NCBI GenBank assembly: GCA_963921275.4
Contig: OZ001293.3
Span: forward strand, 5,216,001-5,280,000
DNA length: 64,000 nt
Source of the DNA: an uncultured Hormoscilla sp.
GTDB taxonomy: Bacteria; Cyanobacteriota; Cyanobacteriia; Cyanobacteriales; Desertifilaceae
Reading direction: 5' to 3'
Shown: positions 11,006 through 22,514 of the stretch, piece after piece
How the letters are laid out: each line of letters begins with the position of its first letter
Position numbering within the stretch: the first letter of the stretch is position 1
Translations under genes and position numbers: made by a program
The notes under the pieces: model-generated
The model's input: only the letters and a program-made list of their open reading frames with translations
Told to the model about the DNA's origin: nothing
The model's database searches: none

Positions 11006-12370
11006 CTAAGTTTCTAATTGGATACTACCTCTGATTTCTTCCTCACTTGTTGTGTTAGCCAAACCGCTCAAGCTAATAATAAATTGCTCGGGCAGGAAAT
11101 CTGGTTCTGTATTAGGAGTGTTTAGGCCAATTGTAGCAAATCCCAAATCAATATTTTGAGTATTAATCTCTACATCATCACTACTAACCTTGATTCCTGG
11201 AGCAACGTTAAAATCAAGCACAATTGTATCTACTGTCTGGTCAAAACCAACAATATTATCTCCCCCTTCTGTGGGTGCATCTGGGTTCGCACCGCTGTCA
11301 GCCAAGCTACGATATATGAATTGATCTGCACCTGCACCTCCGGACAGAATATCCGCACCAATGCCACCAATAATTATATCATCGCCATCCTCACCTTGAA
11401 TTCTTTCGCGAGTTCCAGTAATTGAATCTAACCGATCGTCACCAATTAGCACATCGGCGCCGCTTGTACCAGTCAATGTATCATCATCTAGATCCACCAC
11501 AATATTGACTGTTGCTACGTCTGTTGCACCCTCACTATCAGCGATGGTATAAGTGAAGCTGTCAACACCTGTGAAGTCAGCATTTGGCGTGTATGACACC
11601 TGGTTACCCACGACGCTAACCGTTCCATTGTTCGCGGTGCTAACCCCACTAACCGAGAGCGTGTCATCAGCGTTTAAGTCAGAATCATTGATCGAAACTG
11701 GAATTAAAGCCTCTTCATTGGCAATAACTCTGACGCTATCATCTACAGCTACTGGTGAAGAGTTGGTTTCTACTGTCAGCGTCACTGTTGCTATGTCAGT
11801 AAACTCGCCATCGGTAATGGTGTAGCTGAAGCTATCATTTTCCGTGAAGTCTGCTGCCAGTGAGTAACTCAGAAAGTCATCGCTGCCATCGTCTGAGGTG
11901 CCGTTATCATTGAGGGTGATAGTACCTCCTGAAACTGAGGTGGTCGAAAAACTGTCGATCGATATCGATAACAGGTCATCATCCGAGTCGTTTGCCAGAA
12001 CCTGAATGTCGAGCGCGCTTCCGGCGATCGCCCTTGCCGTATCATCCGCTGCGAGGGGGGGGCCGTTCTGGCCCACTTCAATAAAATTTGCTACCGTCAG
12101 CTGTCCCAGGGTGATACCTGGAAGCGTCAGCGTTCCGAAGGGAGTCTCGATCCTCACACCTCCGACGATCTCCCTTGCACTATTAACTAGCATCTGCGCT
12201 GTCAGGGCGGGGAAAGCCGAAATATCAATCAAGTCAAAGGTTTCAAAGCCATTGACTATGTCCGTCTCGTTTGCTGATTCTGCTGGACTCACTACTACAT
12301 CAACCACCCCGAGGTTTGGAAACAAGTTCAGAGTATCTGCCACCTCGGCTGTCAGAATATAAGTTGCCAT
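11006..12370 (-). CDS. Ig-like repeat/RTX protein (2 repeats)
   Basis: two NDSD...DSFxYTI repeats and GGIGADILSGGAGAD nonapeptides. Confidence 0.88.
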   Translation of the reverse strand: MATYILTAEVADTLNLFPNLGVVDVVVSPAESANETDIVNGFETFDLIDISAFPALTAQMLVNSAREIVGGVRIETPFGTLTLPGITLGQLTVANFIEVGQNGPPLAADDTARAIAGSALDIQVLANDSDDDLLSISIDSFSTTSVSGGTITLNDNGTSDDGSDDFLSYSLAADFTENDSFSYTITDGEFTDIATVTLTVETNSSPVAVDDSVRVIANEEALIPVSINDSDLNADDTLSVSGVSTANNGTVSVVGNQVSYTPNADFTGVDSFTYTIADSEGATDVATVNIVVDLDDDTLTGTSGADVLIGDDRLDSITGTRERIQGEDGDDIIIGGIGADILSGGAGADQFIYRSLADSGANPDAPTEGGDNIVGFDQTVDTIVLDFNVAPGIKVSSDDVEINTQNIDLGFATIGLNTPNTEPDFLPEQFIISLSGLANTTSEEEIRGSIQLET

Positions 12371-12568
12371 GATTTATTACCTCAGTGAATTATGGGGACT
12401 GTTTTGTGGGTAGCGTTATTTCCTTTTCTTTTTCCTTTGTTCATTAGCCGCCTGCCCACCCCTTCTAGCAATGAGCATTCGGTTGGGTAGTTCAGGCGCT
12501 CCGCGCTCACCCTACTTTTTACAGGCACTATCGCTCAACTACAAGAGCGATAGGTTCCGCTATCAAGC

Positions 12569-14502
12569 CTAGAAGATCAGGGCATTTTGAATTTGAGCCG
12601 CCGTTGTTGCCGCATCTAAACCGCTCAACCGAATCGCAAATTGCTCTGGGAGGAAATCTGGCTCTGTGTTAGGAGTGAAAAGGCCAATCAAAGCTGTACC
12701 ATCCTCAATGAAGTCAAGATTAATTTGTACATCATCAAGAGTAACTGGTGTTCCGGGAGCCACATCAAAATTCAGTCCGATAGTATCCTCGGCTGGGTTG
12801 AAGCCCAGAATATCATCAACCCCTTCATTAGTTGCCGCTGGATTGGCACCGCTGTCAGCTAAGTCCAGATATACGATGCCTTCGGTCGTGACAATTACAT
12901 CATCTACTGAGATCGGGGGTTCATTCTCTGCTTGGGCTGTCACCGTTACAGTTGCCGTGTCCGTCAAATCCCCATCTGAGATCGTGTCAGTCAATGACAC
13001 ATCACCATTCCTATCACCAATAGTGTATGTAAAGCTGTCAGTTCCCGTGAACTCTGCGGCTGCCGAATACACTAGTAGTGTGTCATCTGTCGGGTTAAAT
13101 CGCGTACCGCCATTGTCGATAGTGACCGTTCCGCCCTCTATTGTTGTCGCGGAGAAACCGACTATATAGATATCGTCGCCATCTGGGTCTGAGTCATTGT
13201 CCAGCACTGCGATCGTCTCTGGAGTTCCTTCTGTAGCTGTCACTGTGTCATCAAGCGCGAGCGGGGGCTGGTTTGCTGAGATCGGGGGTTCATTCTCTGC
13301 TTGGACTGTCACCGTTACAGTTGCCGTGTCCGTCAAATCCCCATCTGAGATCGTATAGGTGAAGCTGTCTGCGAGCGTTCCCCCTGTCTCTACTGCCGGT
13401 GGACTATAGATCAACCTTCGTCCGAAGATCAAAAGTTCCCCGCCTGCTGCCGTCGCCCGGGGGATTCCCGAGATCCTCAGCCGGTCGCCATCTGGGTCAA
13501 AGTCATTGTCCAAAACTGAGATTCGAGTGAAGTCAGTAACTGTCACCGCGTCATCGGTTGCCACCGGGGCTACATTTCCGCTTTCTACCTCACCGTTACA
13601 GTTGCCGTGTCAGTCAATGACACATCACCATTCCTATCACCAATAGTGTATGTAAAGCTGTCAGTTCCCGTGAACTCTGCGGCTGCCGAATACACTAGTA
13701 GTGTGTCATCTGTCGGGTTAAATCGCGTACCGCCATTGTCGATAGTGACCGTTCCGCCCTCTGTTGTTGTCGCGGAGAAACCGACTATATAGATATCGTC
13801 GCCATCTGGGTCTGAGTCATTGTCCAGCACTGCGATCGTCTCTGGAGTTCCTTCTGTAGCTGTCACTGTGTCATCAAGCGCGAGCGGGGGCTGGTTTGCT
13901 GAGATCGGGGGTTCATTCTCTGCTTGGACTGTCACCGTTACAGTTGCCGTGTCCGTCAAATCCCCATCTGAGATCGTATAGGTGAAGCTGTCTGCGAGCG
14001 TTCCCCCTGTCTCTACTGCCGGTGGACTATAGATCAACCTTCCTCGGAAGATCAAAAGTTCCCCGCCTGCTGCCGTCGCCCGGGGGATTCCCGAGATCCT
14101 CAGCCGGTCGCCATCTGGGTCAAAGTCATTGTCCAAAACTGAGATTAGAGTTTCTTCAGTAACTGTCGCCGCGTCATCGGTTACCACCGGGGCTACATTA
14201 CTGTTAAAGATAAAGTCTTCTGCCCAACTCAGCTGTCCGAGAGTGATCCCGGCCAGAGTGAGAGTCAAGAATGGAGTATCAAACCTCACCCCGCCAATTA
14301 TTGAGCTTGCTAATGCTAGCATGACCTCAGCGGTCAGTTCTGGAAATTCTCTAAGATTCAGAATGTCTCCAGTTTCAAACCCGATCGCCTGGTATATAGG
14401 TAATGCGTCGCCGCTTCGACCTACCACCACTACATCGTCTTCACCGATAGTCTCTAACAGATTTGCAGAGGTTGTCTCTGGTATGAGATTAAAGGTTGCC
14501 AT
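12569..14502 (-). pseudogene. mosaic Ig-like repeat protein with a 1-nt frameshift near 13588
   Basis: ORFs 13585-14502 and 12569-13564 join if CTACCTCACC is restored to CTACCCTCACC as in the paralogous site near 16713. Confidence 0.8.
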
Positions 14503-14760
14503 GTTTTTTGTTGCCTCACTAAGTACAATAACTACTGAACCAATTTATTTTTATGCTTTTTTTACCTTCCTTTTTTGACTTGCTGCTGGACTGCCAATTC
14601 AACCAGCTTTCTAAGTTTCTAATTGGATACTACCTCTGATTTCTTCCTCACTTGTTGTGTTAGCCAAACGCATCTAAAGTGCTTCAGGCGCTCCGCGCTC
14701 ACCCTACTTTTTACAGGCACTATCGCTCAACTACAAGAGCGATAGGTTCCGCTATCAAGC

Positions 14761-17700
14761 CTAGAAGATCAGGGCATTTTGAATTTGAGCCGCCGTTGTT
14801 GCCGCATCTAAACCGCTCAACCGAATCGCAAATTGCTCTGGGAGTAAATCTGGCTCTGTGTTAGGAGTGGAAAGGCCAATCAAAGCTGTACCATCCTCAA
14901 TGAAGTCAAGATTAATTTGTACATCATCAAGAGTAACTGGTGTTCCGGGAGCCACATCAAAATTCAGTCCGATGGTATCCTCGGCTGGGTTGAAGTCCAG
15001 AATATCATCAACCCCTTCATTAGTTGCCGCTGGATTGGCACCGCTGTCAGCTAAGTCCAGATATACAAATCGATCTGCGTCTTCGCCTCCCGACAAGATG
15101 TCTGCACCCAAGGCACCAGTGATCGTATCATTGCCAGCTGCACCATCTATACGTTCTCGTATTCCCCTTCCCCCAAGAGCTATGCTGAGCATATTGTTAC
15201 CAACAATCCAGTCATCACCGTCAGTACCGATTAATTGACCAGCGGGCTGCACGTTGATGCTGACTACTGCTGTCCCTGTCGCACCTGCTGGGTCGCTAAT
15301 GGTGTAGGTGAAGCTGTCGTCACCGGTGAATCCTGCATCCGGTGTGTAGGATACCAGGGCCCCATCTACGCTAGCGGTCCCATTAGCTGGATCTGTGACG
15401 CCATTTATTGTCAGCGCATCATCTGGATCTGAGTCATTATCTAGAACCGTGATGTTGATGGGAGTATCGGCAGCAATAATACGAGCATCAGCCACCGCGA
15501 TCGGGGCCTCGTTGGCCTCTACTATCACTGTCACTGTCGCCGAGGCCGTACCGCCTCGACCATCAGTAATGCTGTAGGTGACGTCGTGCGTGCCATTAAA
15601 CCCAGCATCTGGGGTGTATAGGATCCGATCGTCAGTGGGATCGTCTGGAGTGCCATTCTCATCAATGATGGTCGTACCGTTAGCTGGGTCTGTGACTGAG
15701 GTGATTTCTAAAGGATCGTTATCTGGGTCTGAATCATTATCCAGCACAGCGATTGTAACTGCAATTCCCTCGGTGGTTGTGGCCGCCTCATCTTGAGCGA
15801 TCGGGGGTTGATTATCCGGTTCTACTGTCACAGTTACTGTCGCCGTGTCCGTCAACTCACCGTCAGAGATCCTGTAGGTGAAGTTATCCGTTACTAGCGC
15901 ATCTACTGCGGGTGGCGTATATATCACTGTCTCTCCATCCAGGCTAACTGTTCCGCCTATTGCTGTGCCTGATAGTCCCTCGATCCTCAGCGGCGCGTTC
16001 TCCGGATCTGAGTCATTATCCAGAACAGAGATCGTTGCTGCGATGCCTTCGGTCGTGACAATTACATCATCTACTGAGATCGGGGGTTCATTCTCCGCTT
16101 GGACTGTCACAGTTACAGTCGCCGTGTCCGTCAAATCCCCATCTGAGATCGTATAGGTGAAGCTGTCTGCGAGCGTTCCCCCTGTCTCTACTGCCGGTGG
16201 CGTATAGATCAACGTTACTCCGAAGATGCTAACTGCCCCGCCTGCTGCCGTCGCCTGGGAGACTCCCTCGATCGTCAGCTGGTCGCCATCCATGTCAAAG
16301 TCATTGTCCAAAACTGCGATCGCCTCTGGAGTTCCTTCTGTAGTTGTCGCTGCGTCATCTGCTGCGATCGGGGCTTCGTTAGGTTCTGGTACTGGCTCAA
16401 CCGTGACAATCCCGACAATAACTGTAGCAGTGTCTGTCAACTCGCCATCACTGATGGTGTATGTGAAGCTGTCATTACCTGTGAAACCCGAAGCGGGAGT
16501 ATAGACCAGAGAGTCATCTGCTGTTAGCAAGAAGGTGCCGTTGCGATCGAGAGTTATAGTACCACCCTCTCTTGTCCTTGTCGGGAAGCCTGCCAGAGAT
16601 ATCTCGTCACCATTCGGATCAGAGTCATTGTCCAGCACTGCGATCGTCTCTGGAGTTCCTTCTGTAGCTGTCGCCGTGTCATCGGTTGCCACCGGGGCTA
16701 CATTTCCCCTTTCTACCCTCACCGTTACAGTTGCCGTGTCAGTCAATGACACATCACCATTCCTATCACTAATGGTGTATGTAAAGCTGTCAGTTCCCGT
16801 GAAATCTGCGGCTGCCGAATACACTAGTGTGTCATCTGTCGGGTTAAATGGCGTACCGCCATTGTCGATAGTGACCGTTCCGCCCTCTGTTGTTGTCGCG
16901 GAGAAACCGACTATAGAGATCTCGTCGCCATCTGGGTCTGAGTCATTGTCCAGCACAGCGATCGTCTCTGGAGTTCCTTCTGTAGCTGTCACCGTGTCAT
17001 CAAGCGCGAGCGGGGGCTGGTTTGCTGGCGGCACCACTGTCACGTTTACCGTGCCTGCAGCGGTTAACTCCCCGTCCGATATTGTATAGGTGAAGTTGTC
17101 TGTTCCCGTGAACCCAGATCGCGGTGTATAGACCAGGTAGTCGTCAGTGCTATCAGATTCAGTATCATTATCAGCAAGGCTTACCGTTCCTCCCGCTCCT
17201 GTTAAAGTATCAAAGCTTAACAGTGAAACACTTGTTCCGTTTGGATCGAAGTCATTATCCAGCACAAAGATGTTGACTTGACTATCTCTGCTTGTGCTCG
17301 CCACGTCGCTTCTGGCGATCGGGGGCTGGTTTTCCGGCTCTATTACCTCCACCGTCACCGTTGCCGTGTCAGTAAACTCGCCATCCGATATACTGTATCC
17401 GAAGCTGTCTGTGCCTAGAAACCCTGCTGCTGGAGTATAGATCAGGGTGTCATCCCCCCCGTCTTGGGGCGTGCCGTTATCATTGAGGGTGATAGTTCCG
17501 CCATTGTCAGTCTCCTGATCAAACGCAGTCAGGACGATATCATCTCCATTCAAGTCAAAGTCGTTCGACAGTACATCAATATCTACAGGAGGATCGCCTT
17601 GCCTTGTTGTCACGCTATCCTCTATTGCATCGGGTTCATTATTGGGATTCACTGCCACCGTTACTGTAGCGCTTTCTATCTCTTCGCCTACTGAAATGCT

Positions 17701-18249
17701 GTACTCGAAACTATCTGTGCCTGTAAAACCTGCTGCTGGCGTGTATAACAGCGAGTCATCTGTCCTGTCCTCTGGCGTTCCATTTTCATTGCGGGTTACG
17801 GTCCCCCCTTCATCCGTTAACTCTGCAAAGCTAATCAGTTCGATCGCCCTTCCCTCTGGATCCACGTCGTTTGCCAGGACATCGATGGTTACTTGTCCGC
17901 CTTCAGAAGTTGAAACGTTTGGATCGTTTGCTGTTGTCCTGTTTAAGACAATCAATCTGTCACTCAGTTCTCGCAGACGAGGCAGAGATACTCCCACGAG
18001 GGTCATACTACCAAACCGACCCGACAATCTAGTGAACGTTCCATCTGGATCTCCAAATGCATTTGCTAATACCTCCTCTCGAGTTATACCTGGGTAGTCT
18101 GAAAAGTCGATCCTGTCTGTTAAGACGTTAAAGGAGTTAATGATGTGGCTGTTTGCTTCATTACCCTCCGGGACGTATACGTAATCAATTTCGTTGTTTA
18201 CCTCCATGTTTACCAGTAACTGGTCTGGAGTTAAATTGTATGTTACCAT
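14761..18249 (-). CDS. large Ig-like repeat adhesin with C-terminal RTX motifs, ~9 repeats
   Basis: repeated PxAxDD...VLDNDSDP...FTYTISDG units; GAAGNDTITGALGADILSGGED. Confidence 0.9.
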   Translation of the reverse strand: MVTYNLTPDQLLVNMEVNNEIDYVYVPEGNEANSHIINSFNVLTDRIDFSDYPGITREEVLANAFGDPDGTFTRLSGRFGSMTLVGVSLPRLRELSDRLIVLNRTTANDPNVSTSEGGQVTIDVLANDVDPEGRAIELISFAELTDEGGTVTRNENGTPEDRTDDSLLYTPAAGFTGTDSFEYSISVGEEIESATVTVAVNPNNEPDAIEDSVTTRQGDPPVDIDVLSNDFDLNGDDIVLTAFDQETDNGGTITLNDNGTPQDGGDDTLIYTPAAGFLGTDSFGYSISDGEFTDTATVTVEVIEPENQPPIARSDVASTSRDSQVNIFVLDNDFDPNGTSVSLLSFDTLTGAGGTVSLADNDTESDSTDDYLVYTPRSGFTGTDNFTYTISDGELTAAGTVNVTVVPPANQPPLALDDTVTATEGTPETIAVLDNDSDPDGDEISIVGFSATTTEGGTVTIDNGGTPFNPTDDTLVYSAAADFTGTDSFTYTISDRNGDVSLTDTATVTVRVERGNVAPVATDDTATATEGTPETIAVLDNDSDPNGDEISLAGFPTRTREGGTITLDRNGTFLLTADDSLVYTPASGFTGNDSFTYTISDGELTDTATVIVGIVTVEPVPEPNEAPIAADDAATTTEGTPEAIAVLDNDFDMDGDQLTIEGVSQATAAGGAVSIFGVTLIYTPPAVETGGTLADSFTYTISDGDLTDTATVTVTVQAENEPPISVDDVIVTTEGIAATISVLDNDSDPENAPLRIEGLSGTAIGGTVSLDGETVIYTPPAVDALVTDNFTYRISDGELTDTATVTVTVEPDNQPPIAQDEAATTTEGIAVTIAVLDNDSDPDNDPLEITSVTDPANGTTIIDENGTPDDPTDDRILYTPDAGFNGTHDVTYSITDGRGGTASATVTVIVEANEAPIAVADARIIAADTPINITVLDNDSDPDDALTINGVTDPANGTASVDGALVSYTPDAGFTGDDSFTYTISDPAGATGTAVVSINVQPAGQLIGTDGDDWIVGNNMLSIALGGRGIRERIDGAAGNDTITGALGADILSGGEDADRFVYLDLADSGANPAATNEGVDDILDFNPAEDTIGLNFDVAPGTPVTLDDVQINLDFIEDGTALIGLSTPNTEPDLLPEQFAIRLSGLDAATTAAQIQNALIF

Positions 18250-18357
18250 GATTTCTCGTTTGCCTCGATTAAGTTTATTTTTCCTTTCTACTGCAGTTTT
18301 TTGACTGACTGCTACCTTTACTCTCCCGTTTCCCGCCCGCCCCCTTCAAGATTATAC

Positions 18358-20265
18358 TTATAGTTCAAAGAACACTGTTTCTCTGATTTGGGCTTCTGTT
18401 GTATTTGTCGGTAAGCCAGTCAGCGATATTTGAAATCCGGTTGCGTCTTCATTCGAGTCTACAACTGTCAGTATTGCCACACCGCCGCCTATGCCTACCA
18501 GGCCTACCCTTACTTCGTCTTTACTTACTTGTGCGCCATCAACTTCAAACAACAGCCCAATTCTATCTCCATCTGCCAGGCTGTAATCGATTATTATATC
18601 TGCTGGCTCGATTGTTGCATCTGGGTTCGCACCACTCTCTGCCAGATCGAAATACAGGAACGTATCTGCGCCAGCTTCACCTTCTAACCTGTCGGCCCCC
18701 AAGAGTCCATACAGGGTATCGTTTCCTGCGCCTCCTATGAGGTTATCTTGGGGGTTTGACGCTGACACCAATTGGTTTGTTCCGATAATCAGGTTGCTAT
18801 TTGCGTCACCTGTTATTTCTGCGGGCTGACTATCATCGGTGAGATTGACCTCTTGTACGGTGAGATTGACCTCTGCTGTGACTGTCTCTCCCGGTTCGTC
18901 TTGGATGGTGTAGGTGAAGCTGTCGGTACCGCTGAAGTCGTTATTCGGTTGGTATGATACCCGCTGACCGTCCTCTGTTATGCTGGTCGTTCCGTTGCTC
19001 GCTTCTTCGACGGTGGTAATTCGCAATGAGTCTCCTTCGTCTTCGTCTACGTCATTGATCAGAACTGGGATTGGGGTGGTTGTATTCGCTGGGATGATTA
19101 CGCTTGCTAGGTCGTTGGCCACTGGGGCTGTATTCGATCGTGGCAACACCTCTACCGTCACCGTGGCCACACTTGTCAATCCCTCACTATCGGCGATCGT
19201 GTAGGTGAATGTGTCCGTGCCGGAAAATGCGGCGTCTGGGGTATATACCAGCATGGCGCCGTTTAGGGCGATCGTCCCCCCGTTGCTTGTTTGCTGGTCA
19301 AAGCTGGCTATTGATATTTGCTCACCATCTGGGTCAGAGTCATTGGCCAGTACGGCTATGGTGACTGCTGTATTGAAGGCTGTTTCTGTGGTGTCGTTTA
19401 CTGCGTTCGGGGGTTGGTTTGTTGGCACTGTCGGCAATTCTGGGCGATCAGGCGTTTCTGGTAATACTGGTATCAGCGAAGGTGTTGGCGAAGGTGTTGG
19501 CAGCTGTCCCACTGGCAGAGTCGGCGCAATAACGAAATTCGCTGCATTGTCTAGTTCCTCCAGGGTTACTCCTTGCACCACCGCCAAAAACGCTCCCGTC
19601 TCTGAGTTCAAGATCGCTATTCCTGCTGTGACTTCCTCGAACTCCAGATCCGCAAAAGTTAAGCCGCCATCTAGACCGATGAAGTCCACGTCTAACATAA
19701 AATCCACGAATAAGTCTGCATCCGTGACATCATTCCCACCGCTGGTGCCATTACCTATAACCGCCACCACAAATATATCCGAGTCGTCCCCACCAGTTAC
19801 GGTATCTGCACCTATGTCGCCAAACAGGGTGTCATTGCCTCGGTCTCCAAATAGGCTGTCATTTCCCCTGCCTCCAAACAGCCAGTCATTCCCTTGGCCA
19901 CCGTAGAGGATGTCGCTGCCTACGTTGCCCGAGAGAACGTCATCGTTCTGGTTACCCATTAGGTTGTCATTGCCTTGACCACCAAACAGGCTGTCGTTGC
20001 CTTGACCACCAAAGAGGCTATCGTTACCCTGGTCTCCAAATAGGCTGTCCTCACCTTGGTTGCCAAACAGGCTGTCGTTGTCCATCCCGCCGGATAGGGT
20101 GTCGTTCCCTTCGTCTCCTGCCAGCTGGTCATTACCTTGGTTCCCTTGTATATCGTCATCACCCTCCATACCACCTAAGGTGTCATTCCCTTCCAAGCCA
20201 ATGATTATGTCTGGGCCTGGGGTGCCCAGGAGAAATTCCAAGCTAGCTGTATCTATTAATGCCAT
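18358..20265 (-). CDS. RTX (hemolysin-type Ca-binding) protein with two Ig-like repeats
   Basis: long N-terminal GGxGNDxLx array, Pro/Thr linker, two Ig-like repeats, C-terminal RTX module. Confidence 0.9.
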   Translation of the reverse strand: MALIDTASLEFLLGTPGPDIIIGLEGNDTLGGMEGDDDIQGNQGNDQLAGDEGNDTLSGGMDNDSLFGNQGEDSLFGDQGNDSLFGGQGNDSLFGGQGNDNLMGNQNDDVLSGNVGSDILYGGQGNDWLFGGRGNDSLFGDRGNDTLFGDIGADTVTGGDDSDIFVVAVIGNGTSGGNDVTDADLFVDFMLDVDFIGLDGGLTFADLEFEEVTAGIAILNSETGAFLAVVQGVTLEELDNAANFVIAPTLPVGQLPTPSPTPSLIPVLPETPDRPELPTVPTNQPPNAVNDTTETAFNTAVTIAVLANDSDPDGEQISIASFDQQTSNGGTIALNGAMLVYTPDAAFSGTDTFTYTIADSEGLTSVATVTVEVLPRSNTAPVANDLASVIIPANTTTPIPVLINDVDEDEGDSLRITTVEEASNGTTSITEDGQRVSYQPNNDFSGTDSFTYTIQDEPGETVTAEVNLTVQEVNLTDDSQPAEITGDANSNLIIGTNQLVSASNPQDNLIGGAGNDTLYGLLGADRLEGEAGADTFLYFDLAESGANPDATIEPADIIIDYSLADGDRIGLLFEVDGAQVSKDEVRVGLVGIGGGVAILTVVDSNEDATGFQISLTGLPTNTTEAQIRETVFFEL

Positions 20266-20671
20266 TCCTTCACTACCTCACTAAACCTCGTTCATTTTTC
20301 ACTACAGGCTACTCCAAAAAATAGCAATTTTGCTCACCACCTAATTTTTCTGCTTATTTGGCGGTTTTTGCCGCCACTAGCAGCTTCTAGTCATCATATT
20401 TGCATATTTGTTCTCGATCGTCAAGAACATGGGGCCTGAGTCTAGATTAAAACGCGAATTAATTTGTACATACAGTTTTGTTTTTCCCATTCCGCACGAG
20501 TTCAATTCAATTTTTTTTTCCTCCTCTAGATAATTTAGCTCTTGTTCTATATCAACATATAGTGATTATATGCTTGCAATATTGATGAAAAATGGGACTA
20601 CAGAGTCAGGCGGGTTTTATTCTGCATGATCTAGATGACTATATCTTCTAGTAATTATCAAGTTATTCAGG

Positions 20672-21249
20672 TTAAGTTAAAGAGCACCGGTGCAATAAGG
20701 CTTGTGTCAGCAAAAGATGATATTGTTGCTGGTTGACGGTGTAGGCGCCAAAGCGGGCCAGATGAGAGTTCATGATTTGGGCATCGAACATGAGAAACTG
20801 GCGAGCGCGCAGCCTTTGCACCAGTTTCACCATTGCTACTTTGGATCCTTCCGGGATGTGAAAGAACATGGATTCGCCGATGAAGGCCCCGCAGATGGCA
20901 ATGCCCAGGATGCCGCCAGCAAGGCGCGATCGCCTTGCCAAGTTTCAAAGCTATAGGCCCATCCAGCCTGATGGAGGGCTTTGTAGATTTCTTGGAGTTG
21001 GGGGGAGATCCAGGTGGATTCTCTGTCGGCACAACTGGCAACTACTGCATCAAAGTCTCGGTTAATGGCGACGCTGAAGCGTTCTTGGTTGAGCACTCGC
21101 TGGAGGGATTTGGGATAGCGAAAGCTTTCGTCTAGGGGAATGATAGTTCGAGAACGACTATGCCAATCTAAACTATCTCCATCCTCATTGGCCATGAGGA
21201 ACCAGCCTTCGGCATACCTTTGAATAATCAAGGGAATGTCAATTTGCAT
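20672..21249 (-). pseudogene. aat: leucyl/phenylalanyl-tRNA--protein transferase, +2 frameshift
   Basis: YAEGWFLMA...WISPQLQEIY...[11 protein letters not shown] continues in another frame as [20 protein letters not shown]...SKVAMVKL...[15 protein letters not shown]. Confidence 0.9.
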
Positions 21250-21417
21250 TGTATGGTAAGTTTGTAGTAAGCACGCTTCGTGCTTGCCTGGGCTAGCGCA
21301 ACGACATATCTGTTGGATATATGTAAAATACATTTGCTACAGATTGAGTGCCTGAAAGTGCTTCCTACAGATAGTTATTCCCATTATTTAATATAACATA
21401 TCCAATTAACATATCTT

Positions 21418-21747
21418 ATGTCTAAACCGATTCTGCCGATCGCCCTGCCTCCTACGACAGATGCCCAGCAGGAGGGGGAATGGTTACAACAGACCTTGCA
21501 CCAGTGGCTAGATGCCGAGTTCCTTCCAGAACCTATTAATCGGCAAATTGCTCGCCGGGCCGCAATGGTGTTTGTCCGCCAGCGTCTGGAAGGGGAAAAC
21601 GATCTTGGATCTCTGGTGATTGCTATTGTGACTGAAATGCAGGCTTTCGATTTTTCCCAGAGTTTCTATAGTGAGTTCGCGATCGCCAATGCTGTGAGCG
21701 ATCTACTATTACAGAGTCTGGGCATCAATACCTGCTGTAGTCAATAA
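21418..21747 (+). CDS. conserved hypothetical protein
   Basis: 109-aa intact ORF (WLDAEFLPE...FAIANAVSDLL) between aat and rpsN. Confidence 0.75.
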   Translation: MSKPILPIALPPTTDAQQEGEWLQQTLHQWLDAEFLPEPINRQIARRAAMVFVRQRLEGENDLGSLVIAIVTEMQAFDFSQSFYSEFAIANAVSDLLLQSLGINTCCSQ

Positions 21748-21832
21748 TGTTTTTTGATAGTCACATACGGTCACATTGATAGGGCTGGTTGGGTTTCGTG
21801 CCTCAACCCAACCTACGGTATGCTACATTTAG

Positions 21833-22135
21833 TTACCAGCTGGACTTGACTACTCCTGGTAGCAGCCCTTGGTGAGCCATTTCTCGAATCACGTGGCGGG
21901 ATAGCCCAAAGTCTCGGTAATACCCCCTAGGACGCCCTGTTACCCAACAGCGATTCCGCAACCGGCTGGGGGCACTGTTACGCGGCAGTCTTTGGATTTG
22001 CTGGCGAATATCCATTTTTTCTTGCTGGTGGGTAGTTTGCCGCAACTGTTCTTTTAATTCTTGTCGCTTGTTTGCGTACTTGTCTACCAGACGCTGACGC
22101 TTTTTCTCTCGCTCTATTATGCTTTTTTTGGCCAT
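21833..22135 (-). CDS. rpsN: 30S ribosomal protein S14
   Basis: [13 protein letters not shown]...[23 protein letters not shown]...LPGVVKSSW. Confidence 0.99.
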   Translation of the reverse strand: MAKKSIIEREKKRQRLVDKYANKRQELKEQLRQTTHQQEKMDIRQQIQRLPRNSAPSRLRNRCWVTGRPRGYYRDFGLSRHVIREMAHQGLLPGVVKSSW

Positions 22136-22514
22136 GTCTTGCCTGAATACCTCTGTTTTTTGACGCTATCCTCCATCTTATACTATTAATGAGGCGATCA
22201 CATGACTTGGAATAATGCCTGTTTGAATGCTGCGGCTGCCTGAAAGTGGATCTGAGGCTTGCCAATTGGGGCCAGATCGATCACCTGTGCTAGAGCATCG
22301 GTCCATTAATAATACTTGACAAATTTAAACATCTGTGCATTAAAATCAAATTGACATATTCTCGTCGAGTGCTCCCCCGATCGGGATGGTGAGGTCGAGC
22401 CCAGCTCAGAGCTGTTCTACTGGACCGACGCTCTAGTAGGGCATAATTGCTAAAACCAGGAAAGAGTGCTACCATTGATCTGTGAACTTCAACATGCTCT
22501 AAAAGGGTGGGTCA

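Noticed and set aside
12491..17030. Near-identical adhesin blocks as a diversity-generating retroelement TR/VR pair
   Set aside because: No DGR-type RT in the window and the differences I saw are block swaps rather than adenine-specific substitutions.
7482..20284. Numerous plus-strand ORFs over the adhesin genes
   Set aside because: Antisense shadows of repetitive coding sequence with no recognisable motifs.
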